NCBI GenBank assembly: GCA_965219415.1 | Contig: CBDCNP010000002.1 | Location: forward strand, 2,816,001-2,880,000 | Direction: 5' to 3' | DNA from: Candidatus Marinacidobacterales bacterium | GTDB taxonomy: Bacteria > Acidobacteriota > Vicinamibacteria > Marinacidobacterales > DATDRI01 | DNA length: 64,000 nt | Part shown: piece by piece, positions 20,813 through 31,386 of the stretch | Layout of the letters: every line of letters begins with the position of its first letter | Position numbering within the stretch: the stretch's first letter is position 1 | The notes under the pieces: model-generated | Seen by the model: only the letters and a program-made list of their open reading frames with translations | What the model was told of the DNA's origin: nothing | The model's database searches: none | Translations under genes and position numbers: made by a program

Positions 20813-21705
20813 GTCAAGACGCTCGTTCGTTCGAGCGCTCGAAGCTTGGCGCTCCGTGCGCGGCGGTTCTCTGCAATCTCGACTTCGCCGGCACGAATCG
20901 GTTTGCGAGTCAACACGCGAAAGCTCTCGGAGTCTTTCTTTTCTCTGAATGCCCACTTCACGGCTCGGTCTTCTAGCGAATGGTAAGAGATAATTACTAA
21001 GCGGCCACGCGGCGCGAGTCGCTCCGCAGCGGTCTCGAGGAACGCATCGAGTGCCTCTAACTCATGGTTCACAGCGATTCGGAGGGCCTGGAAGGTGCGG
21101 GTCGCCGGGTCGATGCCACGACGGCGCGCCGGACCCAGAACAGAATGCACTGCCCGACGCAGTTCCGCAGTGCTATGAATCGGCCGCCGCTGAACGATAC
21201 GGCGTGCGATGGCGCGTGACTTTCGTTCCTCTCCGAAATTGAAAATAAGATCGGCGAGCTCTTCCTCGTCGAGTCGGTTGATGAGCTCGGCCGCGGTTTC
21301 TCCCGCGCTCTGGTCGAATCTCATGTCGAGCGGACCCTCCGAGGAGAAAGCGAAACCGCGTTCGCCATCATCCAGCTGGGCGCTGGAAAGGCCGAGATCG
21401 GCTACGATGCCATTCACGTTCGTGAAAGATTCCCTATCGAGATGTTCGGATAGATCGGCGAACGAACCCTGACGCAACCGTACTCGGTCGCCGAAGCGAT
21501 GCAGTCGCGCGCCCGCTACCGTTAGGGCCGCTTCGTCGCGATCCAGTCCCAGCAACCGGCCCGACGGCGAAGACGCTTCCAGGATCGCTTCCGCGTGACC
21601 CCCGGCGCCGAGCGTGGCATCGACGACGACTCCGTCCTGATGAGGGTCGAGCTGGGCAAGCACCTCGGCCACGAGTACCGATCGATGCGGATACTCCAAG
21701 GGCAT
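20809..21705 (-). CDS. rsmH: 16S rRNA m4C1402 methyltransferase
   Basis: DATLGAGGH, DLGLSS, GPLDMR, FQALRIAVN, ISYHSLEDR, RARSAKLR. Start 21705 (alternative 21735). Confidence 0.98.
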   Translation of the reverse strand: MPLEYPHRSVLVAEVLAQLDPHQDGVVVDATLGAGGHAEAILEASSPSGRLLGLDRDEAALTVAGARLHRFGDRVRLRQGSFADLSEHLDRESFTNVNGIVADLGLSSAQLDDGERGFAFSSEGPLDMRFDQSAGETAAELINRLDEEELADLIFNFGEERKSRAIARRIVQRRPIHSTAELRRAVHSVLGPARRRGIDPATRTFQALRIAVNHELEALDAFLETAAERLAPRGRLVIISYHSLEDRAVKWAFREKKDSESFRVLTRKPIRAGEVEIAENRRARSAKLRALERTSVLT

Positions 21706-21735
21706 CACTTCCCTTTCCTCCTGCACCAAGAGCAT

Positions 21736-22176
21736 CTAGATTCCGAACTCTGCCAATCGATGGCTGTCGTCTTCTGTCAGCGGGTCGTTCTTCAGTTTTT
21801 CCAAGAACCGCTCGTGGTTCCAAACCTCGAGAAAGTCGTACTTGCCGAGTACGTCGACCGGGCCCTTCATGTCGGCCGCCTCCCGCAGTAGACCTGGGAT
21901 AAGCAGTCTTCCTTGTCTGTCCCGCGACGTCGCCTGTCCGAAGAAATGCACGCGATCGAGAAAGCGAGCCTTCGAAGGGTGCAACCCAGGGATCGCTTCC
22001 AGTTTTCGCTCCAGTTCGATCCACACTTCCATGGGGTACACGCGCACGCTGTCGCCCGTGAGGCTGGTGATAAACACCTCCACCCCGAAGTTCGCCTCCA
22101 GAAGTTGAAGAAACCCGTTAGGTATCTTTATCCGACCCTTGTCATCGACACGGGCAGGATGATTTCCCCGGAGCAC
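21736..22176 (-). CDS. mraZ: Transcriptional regulator MraZ
   Basis: Two DxKGR/DxQGR motifs; first gene of the dcw cluster. Confidence 0.96.
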   Translation of the reverse strand: MLRGNHPARVDDKGRIKIPNGFLQLLEANFGVEVFITSLTGDSVRVYPMEVWIELERKLEAIPGLHPSKARFLDRVHFFGQATSRDRQGRLLIPGLLREAADMKGPVDVLGKYDFLEVWNHERFLEKLKNDPLTEDDSHRLAEFGI

Positions 22177-22250
22177 CGAGACCTCCTAATGTCGAGGTCA
22201 AATTCCGCCAAGGATCGGGTACAATCCTAACTTAGACAGAGACCCCTAGA

Positions 22251-22276
22251 CCACTTTGTTCCACTTTACTCCACTT
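22251..22276 (-). promoter_or_regulatory. MraZ-binding direct repeats
   Basis: AAGTGG on the minus strand three times at 10-bp period (CCACTT at 22251, 22261, 22271). This matches the GTGG-type repeats known upstream of mraZ in diverse bacteria. Confidence 0.85.
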
Positions 22277-22279
22277 AAA

Positions 22280-22309
22280 ATCCTAAGGTAGACACGCCTT
22301 CCTTGTCAA
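22280..22309 (-). promoter_or_regulatory. sigma70-type promoter of the dcw operon
   Basis: TTGACA (22309-22304), 18 nt, TAGGAT (22285-22280), directly followed by the MraZ repeats. Confidence 0.7.
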
Positions 22310-22461
22310 GCTTTAATTAACAAGGAGTTACGGCGATATGGGGTATTCCCTACGCCAAAATGGACGCCCCCGTCGCGCGGCCGCGAATTATCCGGGGGTG
22401 AGTAACCTCGAAGTGATATCGGGACATCTGATTCCTTCGAAGTAGCCCCAAAGCGGACGAT

Positions 22462-22545
22462 TCGACGAAGCATGAGGCTTGGGGGTGGGGCCCCGCGACA
22501 CTAATTGAGGAGCGAGGGCGCGACTAATCTGAAGCCGGTGATTAG
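22462..22545. repeat. Modular intergenic repeat, copy 3 (reverse orientation)
   Basis: GGGGGTGGGGCCCC (22481-22494), CACTAAT, GAGGAGCGAGGGCGCGACT. Confidence 0.7.
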
Positions 22546-22581
22546 GTCTTTGATAGAGGCTCTATAGTAAGATCCCCCCCA

Positions 22582-23643
22582 ATGAAAGCAGGCATTCTTG
22601 GACTCGCAGGCTCCGGCCGACGAACCCTCTTTTCCCTCTTGACGCAGGTGGCCGCCGGTTCGGGCCGGGAAGCCCAGCTCGGCGTTCTCAAGATCCCTGA
22701 TGAACGGCTCGACGAGTTGAATCGGCTGCATGACTCAAGGAAGATCACCCCGGCAACGATCCATTTCGTGTTGGTTCCTGGCCTGGTGAAAGGCGAATCC
22801 CAGGAGAAGCTGGACCTGCCCGCTCTACGCTCGGTCGACGTGCTGGTTCATGTCGCCCGCGCCTTCGAGGACCCGTCGGTGGCTCACCCCGAGGGTTCGG
22901 TAGACCCGGCTCGCGATCTCGAAATGGTGGAGCTCGAGCTCACGCTAGCCGACTTGGCACTGGTGGAGAAGAGACTCGAGCGACTGCAATCCGATTCTGG
23001 GAAAGGGAAGAAAGTCGATCGGCGCGAGCAGGAAGCTCTCGAGCGCGCGCGGGCGAATCTGGCCGATGGCACTCCTTTGCGAGGCGTTCTTTCCGAGGAG
23101 GATCAGACTCGACTTCGTGGCTATGCATTGCTCACTACGAAACCACTCTTGTTGCTCTTGAACGTCGGCGAGGACGATGCGGCGGCGCGGGACGAGTTGC
23201 CCGAAAAACTGGGGCTCAGTCGCTGGATGGAAGCGCCCGAGGTTCGCTTGGCCTACGCCTCTGCGAAGATCGAAGCGGAGATGGCCGAGCTCTCCCCTGA
23301 GGATGCGCTAGCTTTTCGCGAGAGCCTGGGACTGGCCGAGGACACCATCGAGCGTATCGTGTCGGCGGCTTTCGAGCTTTTGGGAATGATCACCTTTTAC
23401 ACGACTGGTGAGAAGGAATCGCGAGCATGGGTCATTACCCGCAGCACAGCCGCGTCAGTTGCGGCGGGCACCATCCATAGCGACATGGAGCGTGGCTTCA
23501 TTCGGGCCGAGGTCGTGCACTATGAGGCACTGAGGGAAGAAGGCACCTGGAACGCGTGCCGTGACAAAGGGATCCTTCGATTGGAAGGCAAAGACTATCC
23601 GCTGGCGGACGGCGACGTGGTCATCTTCCGCTTCAACGTGTAG
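22582..23643 (+). CDS. ychF: YchF/Ola1-like protein (DUF933/TGS C-terminus) with degenerate nucleotide-binding motifs
   Basis: IPDERL, GLVKG, ELTLADL, AGTIHSDMERGFIRAEV, RLEGKDY...DGDV..FRFNV. The P-loop reads GLAGSGRRT and G3 reads LVPG. Confidence 0.85.
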   Translation: MKAGILGLAGSGRRTLFSLLTQVAAGSGREAQLGVLKIPDERLDELNRLHDSRKITPATIHFVLVPGLVKGESQEKLDLPALRSVDVLVHVARAFEDPSVAHPEGSVDPARDLEMVELELTLADLALVEKRLERLQSDSGKGKKVDRREQEALERARANLADGTPLRGVLSEEDQTRLRGYALLTTKPLLLLLNVGEDDAAARDELPEKLGLSRWMEAPEVRLAYASAKIEAEMAELSPEDALAFRESLGLAEDTIERIVSAAFELLGMITFYTTGEKESRAWVITRSTAASVAAGTIHSDMERGFIRAEVVHYEALREEGTWNACRDKGILRLEGKDYPLADGDVVIFRFNV

Positions 23644-23658
23644 ATTAGTAAAGCGGTC

Positions 23659-24654
23659 ATGAAGCTAATTGTCCAAATTCCGTGCCTGAACGAAGCCGAC
23701 TCGCTTCCCATGACGCTCGCGGAAATTCCGCGGCGCATCGCCGGAGTGGACGAGGTTGAAATTCTGGTCGTCGACGACGGTTCCACCGACGGCTCGCCGG
23801 AAATCGCCGCGCAACATGGAGCGGACCACGTCATACACTTCGAGCGAAACCGAGGCCTCGCGGCTACTTTCAAGGCCGGAATCGATGCCTCCCTCCGCTT
23901 GGGAGCAAACATCATCGTTAATACCGATGGAGACAACCAGTATCCAGGTTCCGAGATCCCGAGATTGATCGCACCAATCCTCGAGGGCCGGGCCGAGATG
24001 GTGATCGGAGACCGCGAGGTAGGGAACGTGGAGCACTTCTCCTTCACCAAGAAAAAACTCCAGGCCATCGGTAGCTGGGTGGTTCGACAAGTATCGGGCA
24101 CCAAAGTTCCCGATACGACCAGCGGGTTCCGAGCCTTCTCCCGAAACGCGGCGCAACGACTGAACGTGATTTCCGATTACACCTACACGCTCGAGACCAT
24201 CATTCAGGCGGGCAAGAAACGAATGGCCATTGAGCAGATACGCATTACGCCGCGACCAACGCGACCCAGCCGACTCATCTCCAGCGATTGGAACTACGTC
24301 AAGCGTTCCGCTGCGACCATCGTGCGAATCTACGCGATGTACGAGCCGCTCAAGATATTCAGCTACATCGGTGCGGTTTTCTTGGCCGCCGGCCTCCTCC
24401 TCTCTGCTCGCTATGGCTACTTCGTTTGGATCGGAGAGGGTCGCGGGCACGTGCAGTCGGTGATCGCCGCGGGGGCCTTACTGATCGTCGGTTTCCAGAT
24501 CGTCCTCATCGGCCTCGTTGCGGACATCATGGGCTCGGTGAGACGGCTCCTCGAAGAGGTTCTCTACCGCCAACGGCGCCTTGAAGACCAAGTATCCTCG
24601 GCCGACGCCGAGAAATCCTCCGCCCCCGAGCCCGCCACGAGGAAAAATATCTGA
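23659..24654 (+). CDS. GT2 glycosyltransferase (polyprenol-phosphate type, C-terminal TM helices)
   Basis: IPCLNE, VDDGSTD, DGDNQY, DTTSGFRA, two C-terminal hydrophobic helices. Confidence 0.9.
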   Translation: MKLIVQIPCLNEADSLPMTLAEIPRRIAGVDEVEILVVDDGSTDGSPEIAAQHGADHVIHFERNRGLAATFKAGIDASLRLGANIIVNTDGDNQYPGSEIPRLIAPILEGRAEMVIGDREVGNVEHFSFTKKKLQAIGSWVVRQVSGTKVPDTTSGFRAFSRNAAQRLNVISDYTYTLETIIQAGKKRMAIEQIRITPRPTRPSRLISSDWNYVKRSAATIVRIYAMYEPLKIFSYIGAVFLAAGLLLSARYGYFVWIGEGRGHVQSVIAAGALLIVGFQIVLIGLVADIMGSVRRLLEEVLYRQRRLEDQVSSADAEKSSAPEPATRKNI

Positions 24655-24655
24655 C

Positions 24656-25555
24656 ATGGTGGAGGCCGAGCGGGTCAGTGTCCTGATCCCGGCGTTCAAT
24701 GAACAGAGCACCATCGGGGCTCTCGTGGAAAAAGTGAAGTCGGCGGGCAACTGGCTAGAAGTCGTGGTCGTCGACGACGGTTCTAGCGATGCCACTGCGG
24801 AAGCCGCCAAAGCAGCAGGGGCCAGGGTGATCCGTCACCCCTACAACAAAGGAAACGGCGCCACGGTGAAATCCGCCATTCGAGCGGCAAAGGGTGAGAT
24901 GGTGCTTCTCATGGATGCCGACGGCCAACACGACCCGGAAGACATTCGGAAGCTGATCGGACCGCTTGGGGAGTACGATCTGGTCGTCGGTGCTCGCGAC
25001 TGGAGTGCCCAGGCCAACGTCTCGCGAGGGTTGGGGAATCTGTTGTTGGCCCGGCTCGCGTCCTACCTGTGCGGGCGGAAGATCCTGGATCTCACATCGG
25101 GTTTTCGCGCCGCGCGGCGGGATCGCCTGCGAGAATTCCTACACCTACTACCAAACGGTTTCAGTTACCCCACCACGAGCACCATGGCGTTCGTAAGAGC
25201 CGGATACAATCTTCTTTTCGTACCCATCACCGGCAAACAACGCACCACCGACTCTCACAGCAAGATGAGGCCCTGGCGGGAAGGTGCCCGGTTCCTGATC
25301 ATCATCCTGCGCATGATTACGCTCTTCAGCCCGTTGCGCATCTTCCTGCCCATAGCCGCAACATTCTTCGTTCTCGGTTCGGGGTATCTGGTCTACACAA
25401 TCATTACCGAGGCTCATGTGACCAATACCTCGGTGCTGCTTCTCACCGCTTCGGCAGTACTTTTCTTGTTCGGGCTCCTCTCGGAGCAGATCGCTTTTCT
25501 CCGGTTCCAACCCCCCCCGCTGGCAGCCAGCGACCGAACCTCCGGCAAGGACTAG
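24656..25555 (+). CDS. GT2 glycosyltransferase (polyprenol-phosphate type)
   Basis: IPAFNE, VDDGSSD, MDADGQH, DLTSGFRA, C-terminal TM helices. ATG 24656 follows the previous stop. Confidence 0.9.
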   Translation: MVEAERVSVLIPAFNEQSTIGALVEKVKSAGNWLEVVVVDDGSSDATAEAAKAAGARVIRHPYNKGNGATVKSAIRAAKGEMVLLMDADGQHDPEDIRKLIGPLGEYDLVVGARDWSAQANVSRGLGNLLLARLASYLCGRKILDLTSGFRAARRDRLREFLHLLPNGFSYPTTSTMAFVRAGYNLLFVPITGKQRTTDSHSKMRPWREGARFLIIILRMITLFSPLRIFLPIAATFFVLGSGYLVYTIITEAHVTNTSVLLLTASAVLFLFGLLSEQIAFLRFQPPPLAASDRTSGKD

Positions 25556-25556
25556 T

Positions 25557-26929
25557 CTATTTTTTGTTGAGGAAGCTCTTGATTCCCCGCTCGATGAGCC
25601 TCTGTGTACCGCCACCGGTCAAGAGAGATTTCGCGTCCGGCAAGACCTTGGGTTCATCCCGAGTTCCCGTGATCCGGAAAGGGATAGCCACCCAACCCTC
25701 TTCGTCGGTCAGAGCGTCGAGCACCTCGTCCGGAACCTCGTTGATGACGAGGCCTTCGCGAGGGGTCCGCAGCAACAATTTTAGAGCGAGAGGGCCGTCC
25801 AGGTGGACGATCCCCTCGAGGTCGAGTCCCGCCTGGGGCGTCTCCAACCGGAATCGCTCGAGTATCAGCTGATTCTTCTCGATGCGAAACGGTGCCTCGG
25901 TCGCGCTGTACCGGGAACCCACCAAGGCCGTGCCACGCCCCAAGGCCTTTTCCAATGCCGCCAAGACGGGCGTAGCAGGCAACTTCCCTTCGTCGAGGCT
26001 TAGTACACCCTTTCCACTGATGCCCTTCGAATCCGTCCCGAAACCCTCCGTTTCGAGCTCGAGACGGCCGGTACCGAAACCCCCTTTCTTTTGCTCGAGC
26101 GATGGCGTTCATGTCGATCGGATCCCCACGCAGCGAGAACGTGTATCCGAACGGTATCCGATTGAAGTCGGCTTTCAATTGAGCATGAAACTTGCCTTGC
26201 TCGGTTGAGAACGTGAAGTCCTTCCCTTCTAGCAGCCCTTGGTCTAGGCTGAGCTCGCCGCGAACCTCTCGAATTTCCGTCTTATCCAATGTGAGCCCGT
26301 CCAGACGCAGCGATCCCTCCGCGGTGATGGCATGAAGAAGTGAGAGGGCGCGACGGTTGAAAATCAGGTCGTGGAGTGTAAGGTCGAGCCCGTCAATAGA
26401 AAAGGGGGAAGTCGAATCCTTTCGGATCGATCCATCCTCGATACGGATCTCGGAGATCTCGAGGTCGAGCCCCGGGACACGTTCTACGGAATCGCTCTCC
26501 CCACCCGCACGGTTCGCACCCGAAGGGGCCCCTTGAGATTCCTTCTTTCGCCTTGGTGCCCTTGGCAGACTTCTTCTTGCGCGCGGCGCCCCGTTCGACG
26601 AGCACCAGTTCGGAGCGTCTGATAAGAAGTTGATCGACGGCTACCCGCCCCGACAACAACGGGAGCCATCGGTGTCCCAGTATCAATTTATCGATCCGGG
26701 TATCGACGATCGTCCCCGGCAGGGAGCTGGTCGCTTCGACTCCTTCCAGCTCGAGCCCACGGATGAGGTTCAGACGAAATCTCTTGACCGAGAGTTTGGC
26801 ACCGGTAGTCTCCGTTGCCTTCTCGAGAACCGCTTTCCCGAGCTCCGGAGACTCGAAATCCACTATGAACACGACCGCTAGGACGACAAAGACGATCGCA
26901 GCCGCAAACACGAGAAGCTTCTTAGCCAT
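25557..26929 (-). pseudogene. AsmA-like envelope protein, split by at least two frameshifts
   Basis: N-terminal anchor ([16 protein letters not shown]), beta-rich middle, C-terminal IPFRITGTRDEPKVLPD typical of AsmA-like proteins. The coding sequence changes frame near ~26500 and ~26090. Confidence 0.65.
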
Positions 26930-26935
26930 GGGTCA

Positions 26936-26964
26936 AGAGTAGCAACGAGCCACTGACCGGTCAA
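26936..26964 (-). promoter_or_regulatory. sigma70-type promoter of the AsmA-like gene (probably leaderless)
   Basis: TTGACC (26964-26959), 17 nt, TACTCT (26941-26936), then ATG 6 nt later with no SD. Confidence 0.5.
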
Positions 26965-27072
26965 AAACGGTGTCAAGTCTGGTGGATATACTCTATAATG
27001 ACTCTTTCACATTCACGTTTACTCGACGGTCGCGTTTCGTCGCCCAGCGAAGTGAATCCCAAAGGAGGCACA

Positions 27073-28884
27073 TTGGGAGGGCACAAGCCAAAGCGTAAAG
27101 AAAGCTCGAAGGCGCGAAAAGGATCGAAATCCAAGAAGAAGAAGGGGGCGGCTTCTAAAGGTTCCTTGCGCGTCGTCAAAGGCAAGTCGAAACAGATCGA
27201 GCTGCCGCTCACTGCCAAGGAGCGAAGAAAGCGATCTTCGCTAAAACTCGTAAGCCCCCCGAAGAATGCCGACAAAGCGGCGGAGCCCGCGACTGCCCAA
27301 CCGGCGAAACAGACGGGGCCCAAGAGTCCACCCCGAGTCTCTGCAGAAACTCTCGCCACCCGGCAACGCGAAATTTCGGTATCCGAGTTCTTCACTCGGA
27401 ACCGTCATCTCCTAGGATTCGATAATCCACAAAAGGCGCTGCTGACGACAGTCAAAGAAGCCGTGGACAACTCCCTCGACGCGTGTGAAGAAGCCGGTAT
27501 CTTGCCCGATCTCGAGGTGACGATAGAGACTCTGGCCGAAGACCGATTCCGCATTGCCGTTCAGGACAACGGCCCGGGCATCGTAAGGGCCCAGATCCCG
27601 AAGATCTTCGCCAAGCTGCTCTACGGCTCCAAGTTTCACACTTTGAAGCAAAGCCGCGGCCAACAAGGCATCGGCATCTCTGCAGCTTCCATGTATGGCC
27701 AACTCACGACCGGCAAACCTGTAAAAATCTGGTCGCGAACCGGAAAGAAGAAGCCGGCTCACTATTATGAGATGCATATCGACACCCGGACTAATCAACC
27801 CGAGGTCGTCAAGGACGATAAGCTCTCGAGCTGGAACCTCGACCACGGAACGCGGGTGGAGATCGAGCTCGAGGGCACCTACAAGAGAGGCCGACGCTCG
27901 GTCGACGACTACATCGAGCAAACGGCCATTGCTAATCCGCACGCTTCGATCAAATACATGCCCCCCGGCGGGGAGGCGGTGATTTACGAGCGTGCCACCA
28001 AAGAGCATCCGCGGGAAACGGTCGCGATCAAGCCCCACCCTTACGGGGTCGAACTGGGTGTGTTGATCAAGATGCTCAAGGAAACCCGCTCCCGCTCCCT
28101 CAAAGGAGCACTCATGGACGACTTCTCCCGTGTCTCCTCCAAGGTGGCCAACCAGATCGTCGAAAAGGCGGGACTTCGACCGGAGAACCGCCCGAAGAAA
28201 CTCTCGCGGGTTGACGTCGAGAAGATCTTTCGCGCCATCCCGGCGGTGAAGATCATGGCCCCTCCCACCAACTGCCTAGCCCCCATCGGTGAGGAAGCCA
28301 TCGTGTCCGGCCTCAAGAAACGGATCGAGGCCGATTTCTACGAGGCGAGCACTCGCTCACCGAGCGTCTACCGTGGCAATCCTTTCCAGGTCGAGGTCGG
28401 GGTGGCGTACGGAGGCTCTTTGGCGGCGGAAGAGCTGGCCGATGTTTTTCGCGTTGCCAATCGGGTCCCGCTTCAGTACCAAGCCTCGGCTTGCGCCATC
28501 AGCAAGGCGGTCATCGGTACCGATTGGAGGAACTACGGGCTCCAGCAGTCACGCAGTGCCGTACCGACCGGACCCATGATTCTGTTCGTTCACATCGCCT
28601 CGGTCTGGGTGCCCTTCACTTCTGAGAGCAAGGAAGCCATCGCACATTACCCAGAGATACTGAAAGAGCTCCGCCTGGGCCTCCAGGAAGTCGGAAGGAA
28701 ACTCGGCGCCCACATCCGACGGAGGAAGCGAGAAGCGGCGGAGACCAAGAAGCTGGCATACATTCAAAAGTACATCCCGCAAATCGGGATTGCATTGCAG
28801 GACATACTCTCCTTGACCAACAAGCAACGGGACAAGACGGTCAAGGTGCTCACCGACACGCTGGAGAGGAGTCGCAAGGTATGA
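27073..28884 (+). CDS. top6B: DNA topoisomerase VI subunit B
   Basis: ISVSEFF..N.HLLGF, GHKL motifs [51 protein letters not shown] 27073 follows GGAGG (ORF track starts at 26998). Confidence 0.95.
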   Translation: MGGHKPKRKESSKARKGSKSKKKKGAASKGSLRVVKGKSKQIELPLTAKERRKRSSLKLVSPPKNADKAAEPATAQPAKQTGPKSPPRVSAETLATRQREISVSEFFTRNRHLLGFDNPQKALLTTVKEAVDNSLDACEEAGILPDLEVTIETLAEDRFRIAVQDNGPGIVRAQIPKIFAKLLYGSKFHTLKQSRGQQGIGISAASMYGQLTTGKPVKIWSRTGKKKPAHYYEMHIDTRTNQPEVVKDDKLSSWNLDHGTRVEIELEGTYKRGRRSVDDYIEQTAIANPHASIKYMPPGGEAVIYERATKEHPRETVAIKPHPYGVELGVLIKMLKETRSRSLKGALMDDFSRVSSKVANQIVEKAGLRPENRPKKLSRVDVEKIFRAIPAVKIMAPPTNCLAPIGEEAIVSGLKKRIEADFYEASTRSPSVYRGNPFQVEVGVAYGGSLAAEELADVFRVANRVPLQYQASACAISKAVIGTDWRNYGLQQSRSAVPTGPMILFVHIASVWVPFTSESKEAIAHYPEILKELRLGLQEVGRKLGAHIRRRKREAAETKKLAYIQKYIPQIGIALQDILSLTNKQRDKTVKVLTDTLERSRKV

Positions 28885-30032
28885 GAGCCACCCAGGCCAA
28901 GCGCTACGCCGCCGACGTAAAGCGAAAGAACAAGCGGCTAGATCAGAACACGCTCAAGCTCATCAGCGGGACGGCGGACGAGACGAATCGGAAGATCCTG
29001 AGACGCGGCAAACCCGATTTGAAGTTCCCCGTTCGGTCGCTCTCTAACGTCAGCTATTCGAAACGAAGCGGCTATCTCGAGATCGGAAAACAGAAGAAAG
29101 TGCGAACGCTCACGGTGTCCACGGTGAAGACCTTTGCGCAAACGCTTCGCATGATGTCGCTCTCCAAGAATCTCATCGAAACCAACGACTTCGCCACCAA
29201 ACGAGACGCCTACTACCAGTCCAAGAACTGGGGCGACGCCGGATTCCAGGAGCAAACCGAGTCCGATACGGTCATGGACGACATCGAAGCGATGTTCTCC
29301 ATGCACAAAGTGAGTCGAGAGCAACTCCGGTTCACTCCCGACGAGCATGGCGGCGCCGTGGCCGGCCAGCTTGTTGTCTACGACCCCGATATCGAGACCG
29401 GCGCGGTGGAGCGGATCGATTGCACCCGTTTCGGCTCCGGCGCTTACTCGATCCCGAGCTCGGTGGAACATTTATCGTTCGAGACAAACGCCAAGTTCGT
29501 CCTCGCCATCGAGACCGGTGGCATGTTTCAAAGGCTGCAGAGCCACAAGTTCTGGCAGAAGGCCAAATGCATTCTGGTATCGATGGGAGGGGTGCCAACG
29601 CGCGCCACCCGCCGTTTCATCCGCAAGCTTTCCGAAGAGGCGAAGATTCCGGTGTACGCTTTCGTTGATTGCGATCCTTACGGCATCTCCAACATCTACC
29701 GCACGCTCAAGGTGGGTTCCGGAAACGCCGCCCACATCAATCAATTTTTCTGTGTCCCGAGCGCCCGCTACCTAGGGGTGACACCTCAGGATATTCGGGA
29801 CTACAAGCTCCCGACCCACCCACTCAAAGAGGTCGACATCAAGCGCGCCAAAGACGCCCTCAAGAACGATCCTTTCTTCAAGGGCGAGCCCGCTTGGACA
29901 CAAGCCATCACCCAATTGTTGAAGATGGGGGTGCGCGCCGAACAGCAGGCCCTGGCGAAGTGGGGGTTGAACTACGTACTCGAGGAATACCTTCCGCAGA
30001 AACTGAAGAAGGCGAGCAAGTTCCTTCCCTGA
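28881..30032 (+). CDS. top6A: DNA topoisomerase VI subunit A (Spo11 family)
   Basis: TKRDAYY (catalytic Tyr), [26 protein letters not shown] and DCDPYG, AEQQAL. ATGA overlap with top6B. Confidence 0.95.
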   Translation: MRATQAKRYAADVKRKNKRLDQNTLKLISGTADETNRKILRRGKPDLKFPVRSLSNVSYSKRSGYLEIGKQKKVRTLTVSTVKTFAQTLRMMSLSKNLIETNDFATKRDAYYQSKNWGDAGFQEQTESDTVMDDIEAMFSMHKVSREQLRFTPDEHGGAVAGQLVVYDPDIETGAVERIDCTRFGSGAYSIPSSVEHLSFETNAKFVLAIETGGMFQRLQSHKFWQKAKCILVSMGGVPTRATRRFIRKLSEEAKIPVYAFVDCDPYGISNIYRTLKVGSGNAAHINQFFCVPSARYLGVTPQDIRDYKLPTHPLKEVDIKRAKDALKNDPFFKGEPAWTQAITQLLKMGVRAEQQALAKWGLNYVLEEYLPQKLKKASKFLP

Positions 30033-30036
30033 ACCA

Positions 30037-30555
30037 TCACGAGGCGAACCACCTCAGCAGAGCCAAGGATCCGATCGCCGCGAAGAAAACCAAATACAAG
30101 AAGAGTGTCAAGGCGAAGAGTAGGCCTACCACTACCAGCGATTTCGAACGGGGTAAGTCGCCAGCGGTCTCGACCACGATCACTGCCACCACCAGCGAGT
30201 AGAGCGCCGCGAGGAAACCGAGAACGGGACCGATGAAAGGCACAGCCAACACCCAGTGAACCGGTGCTGACGCTCCGAGCGGCCGGTAGAGCTCCAAAAA
30301 GGATGCCGTCCCACCGAAGAGACGCGCCAACACATGCAAGAGCCCCACGACGACGAAGGACACGAGGGTCATCAGCAAGATCCCGAAAACCATGCCGCGA
30401 AAACTGAACTGTCCGACGCCGCTCGCTAAACCGGCCAGTGCAACGAAAAGGATAGCGGGCAGCAAGGCATCCTCGTCTCGGTAGACGTCACGAATGGTAT
30501 TCGTGTCCAGCTGGAGGATTTGAATCCCTTTCTGCAAGTAGCCGCCGAATTCCAT
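30037..30555 (-). CDS. Yip1-like multi-pass membrane protein
   Basis: Five hydrophobic segments and the LHVLARLFGGTASF pattern typical of Yip1 domains. Confidence 0.6.
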   Translation of the reverse strand: MEFGGYLQKGIQILQLDTNTIRDVYRDEDALLPAILFVALAGLASGVGQFSFRGMVFGILLMTLVSFVVVGLLHVLARLFGGTASFLELYRPLGASAPVHWVLAVPFIGPVLGFLAALYSLVVAVIVVETAGDLPRSKSLVVVGLLFALTLFLYLVFFAAIGSLALLRWFAS

Positions 30556-30569
30556 TTCGTCGTTCTCCG

Positions 30570-31352
30570 TTAGAACCCCACGGTGGCGCCGCCGTCAACG
30601 AAAAGCACTTGTCCGGTAATGTAGCTCGACTCCGAGCTAGCGAGGAAAAGCATCGCTTGGCCGATCTCGTCGGGGCGCGCCATCCTACCGAGCGGCACGC
30701 GTGCGAGAAGCTTATCCCGAACTCTCTCCGGGACCGATCTTGCCATTGAGGTGTCGGTAAGTCCGGGAGCCACCGCGTTCACGCGGATTCCGACGTGAGC
30801 TCCTTCCAAGGCTAGTGACCTAACCAACCCTAGAATGCCTGCCTTGGACGCCGCATAGTTACTCTGGCCGATGTTGCCGAGAGCGGAGACGGAAGAAGTC
30901 GCGACGATGGTGCCGCCCCCCCGGGCTGACATCGCTTTGAAAGCGGCTCGGCAGGTGAGAAAGCAGCCCTTCAAATTCACGCTCAGTACCCGGTCCCACT
31001 CTTCTTCGCTGAGTTTTTCGACGAATCCATCCCGATTAATGCCGGCGTTGGCCCCCAGTACGATGTCCAGCCCTTCCCATCGAGCGAGGACCTCGGAGAA
31101 GACCTTTTCCACCGCTTCACCGTCGGTCACATCAGCCTGATGCACGGAGAAGGCATGGCCTTTTTTCTCGAGCTCTGCGGTGAAGGCCCCGAGTGCCGCA
31201 CCCGGCAAGTCGTTGAGCGCGAGCCGAGCACCCTCCTCGGCAAGAATGCGGGCCGCCGCTTGCCCTATCCCGCCCGCCGCGCCCGTGACGAGCGCAATCT
31301 TGCCCGCGACTCTCAACCGGATCGATTCCCTGTTCGTGGAGACGGAGAGCAT
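30570..31352 (-). CDS. Short-chain dehydrogenase/reductase (FabG-like)
   Basis: TGAAGGIG, NAGI, YAASK, RVNAVAPG, YITGQVLFVDGG. Confidence 0.9.
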   Translation of the reverse strand: MLSVSTNRESIRLRVAGKIALVTGAAGGIGQAAARILAEEGARLALNDLPGAALGAFTAELEKKGHAFSVHQADVTDGEAVEKVFSEVLARWEGLDIVLGANAGINRDGFVEKLSEEEWDRVLSVNLKGCFLTCRAAFKAMSARGGGTIVATSSVSALGNIGQSNYAASKAGILGLVRSLALEGAHVGIRVNAVAPGLTDTSMARSVPERVRDKLLARVPLGRMARPDEIGQAMLFLASSESSYITGQVLFVDGGATVGF

Positions 31353-31386
31353 GTTAGCAGAGTTACCGCCCAGGGGGAAGTAGGGG

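Noticed and set aside
22310-22470. RNase P RNA (often found upstream of mraZ)
   Set aside because: No GAGGAAAGUCC motif on either strand, and the gap is too short.
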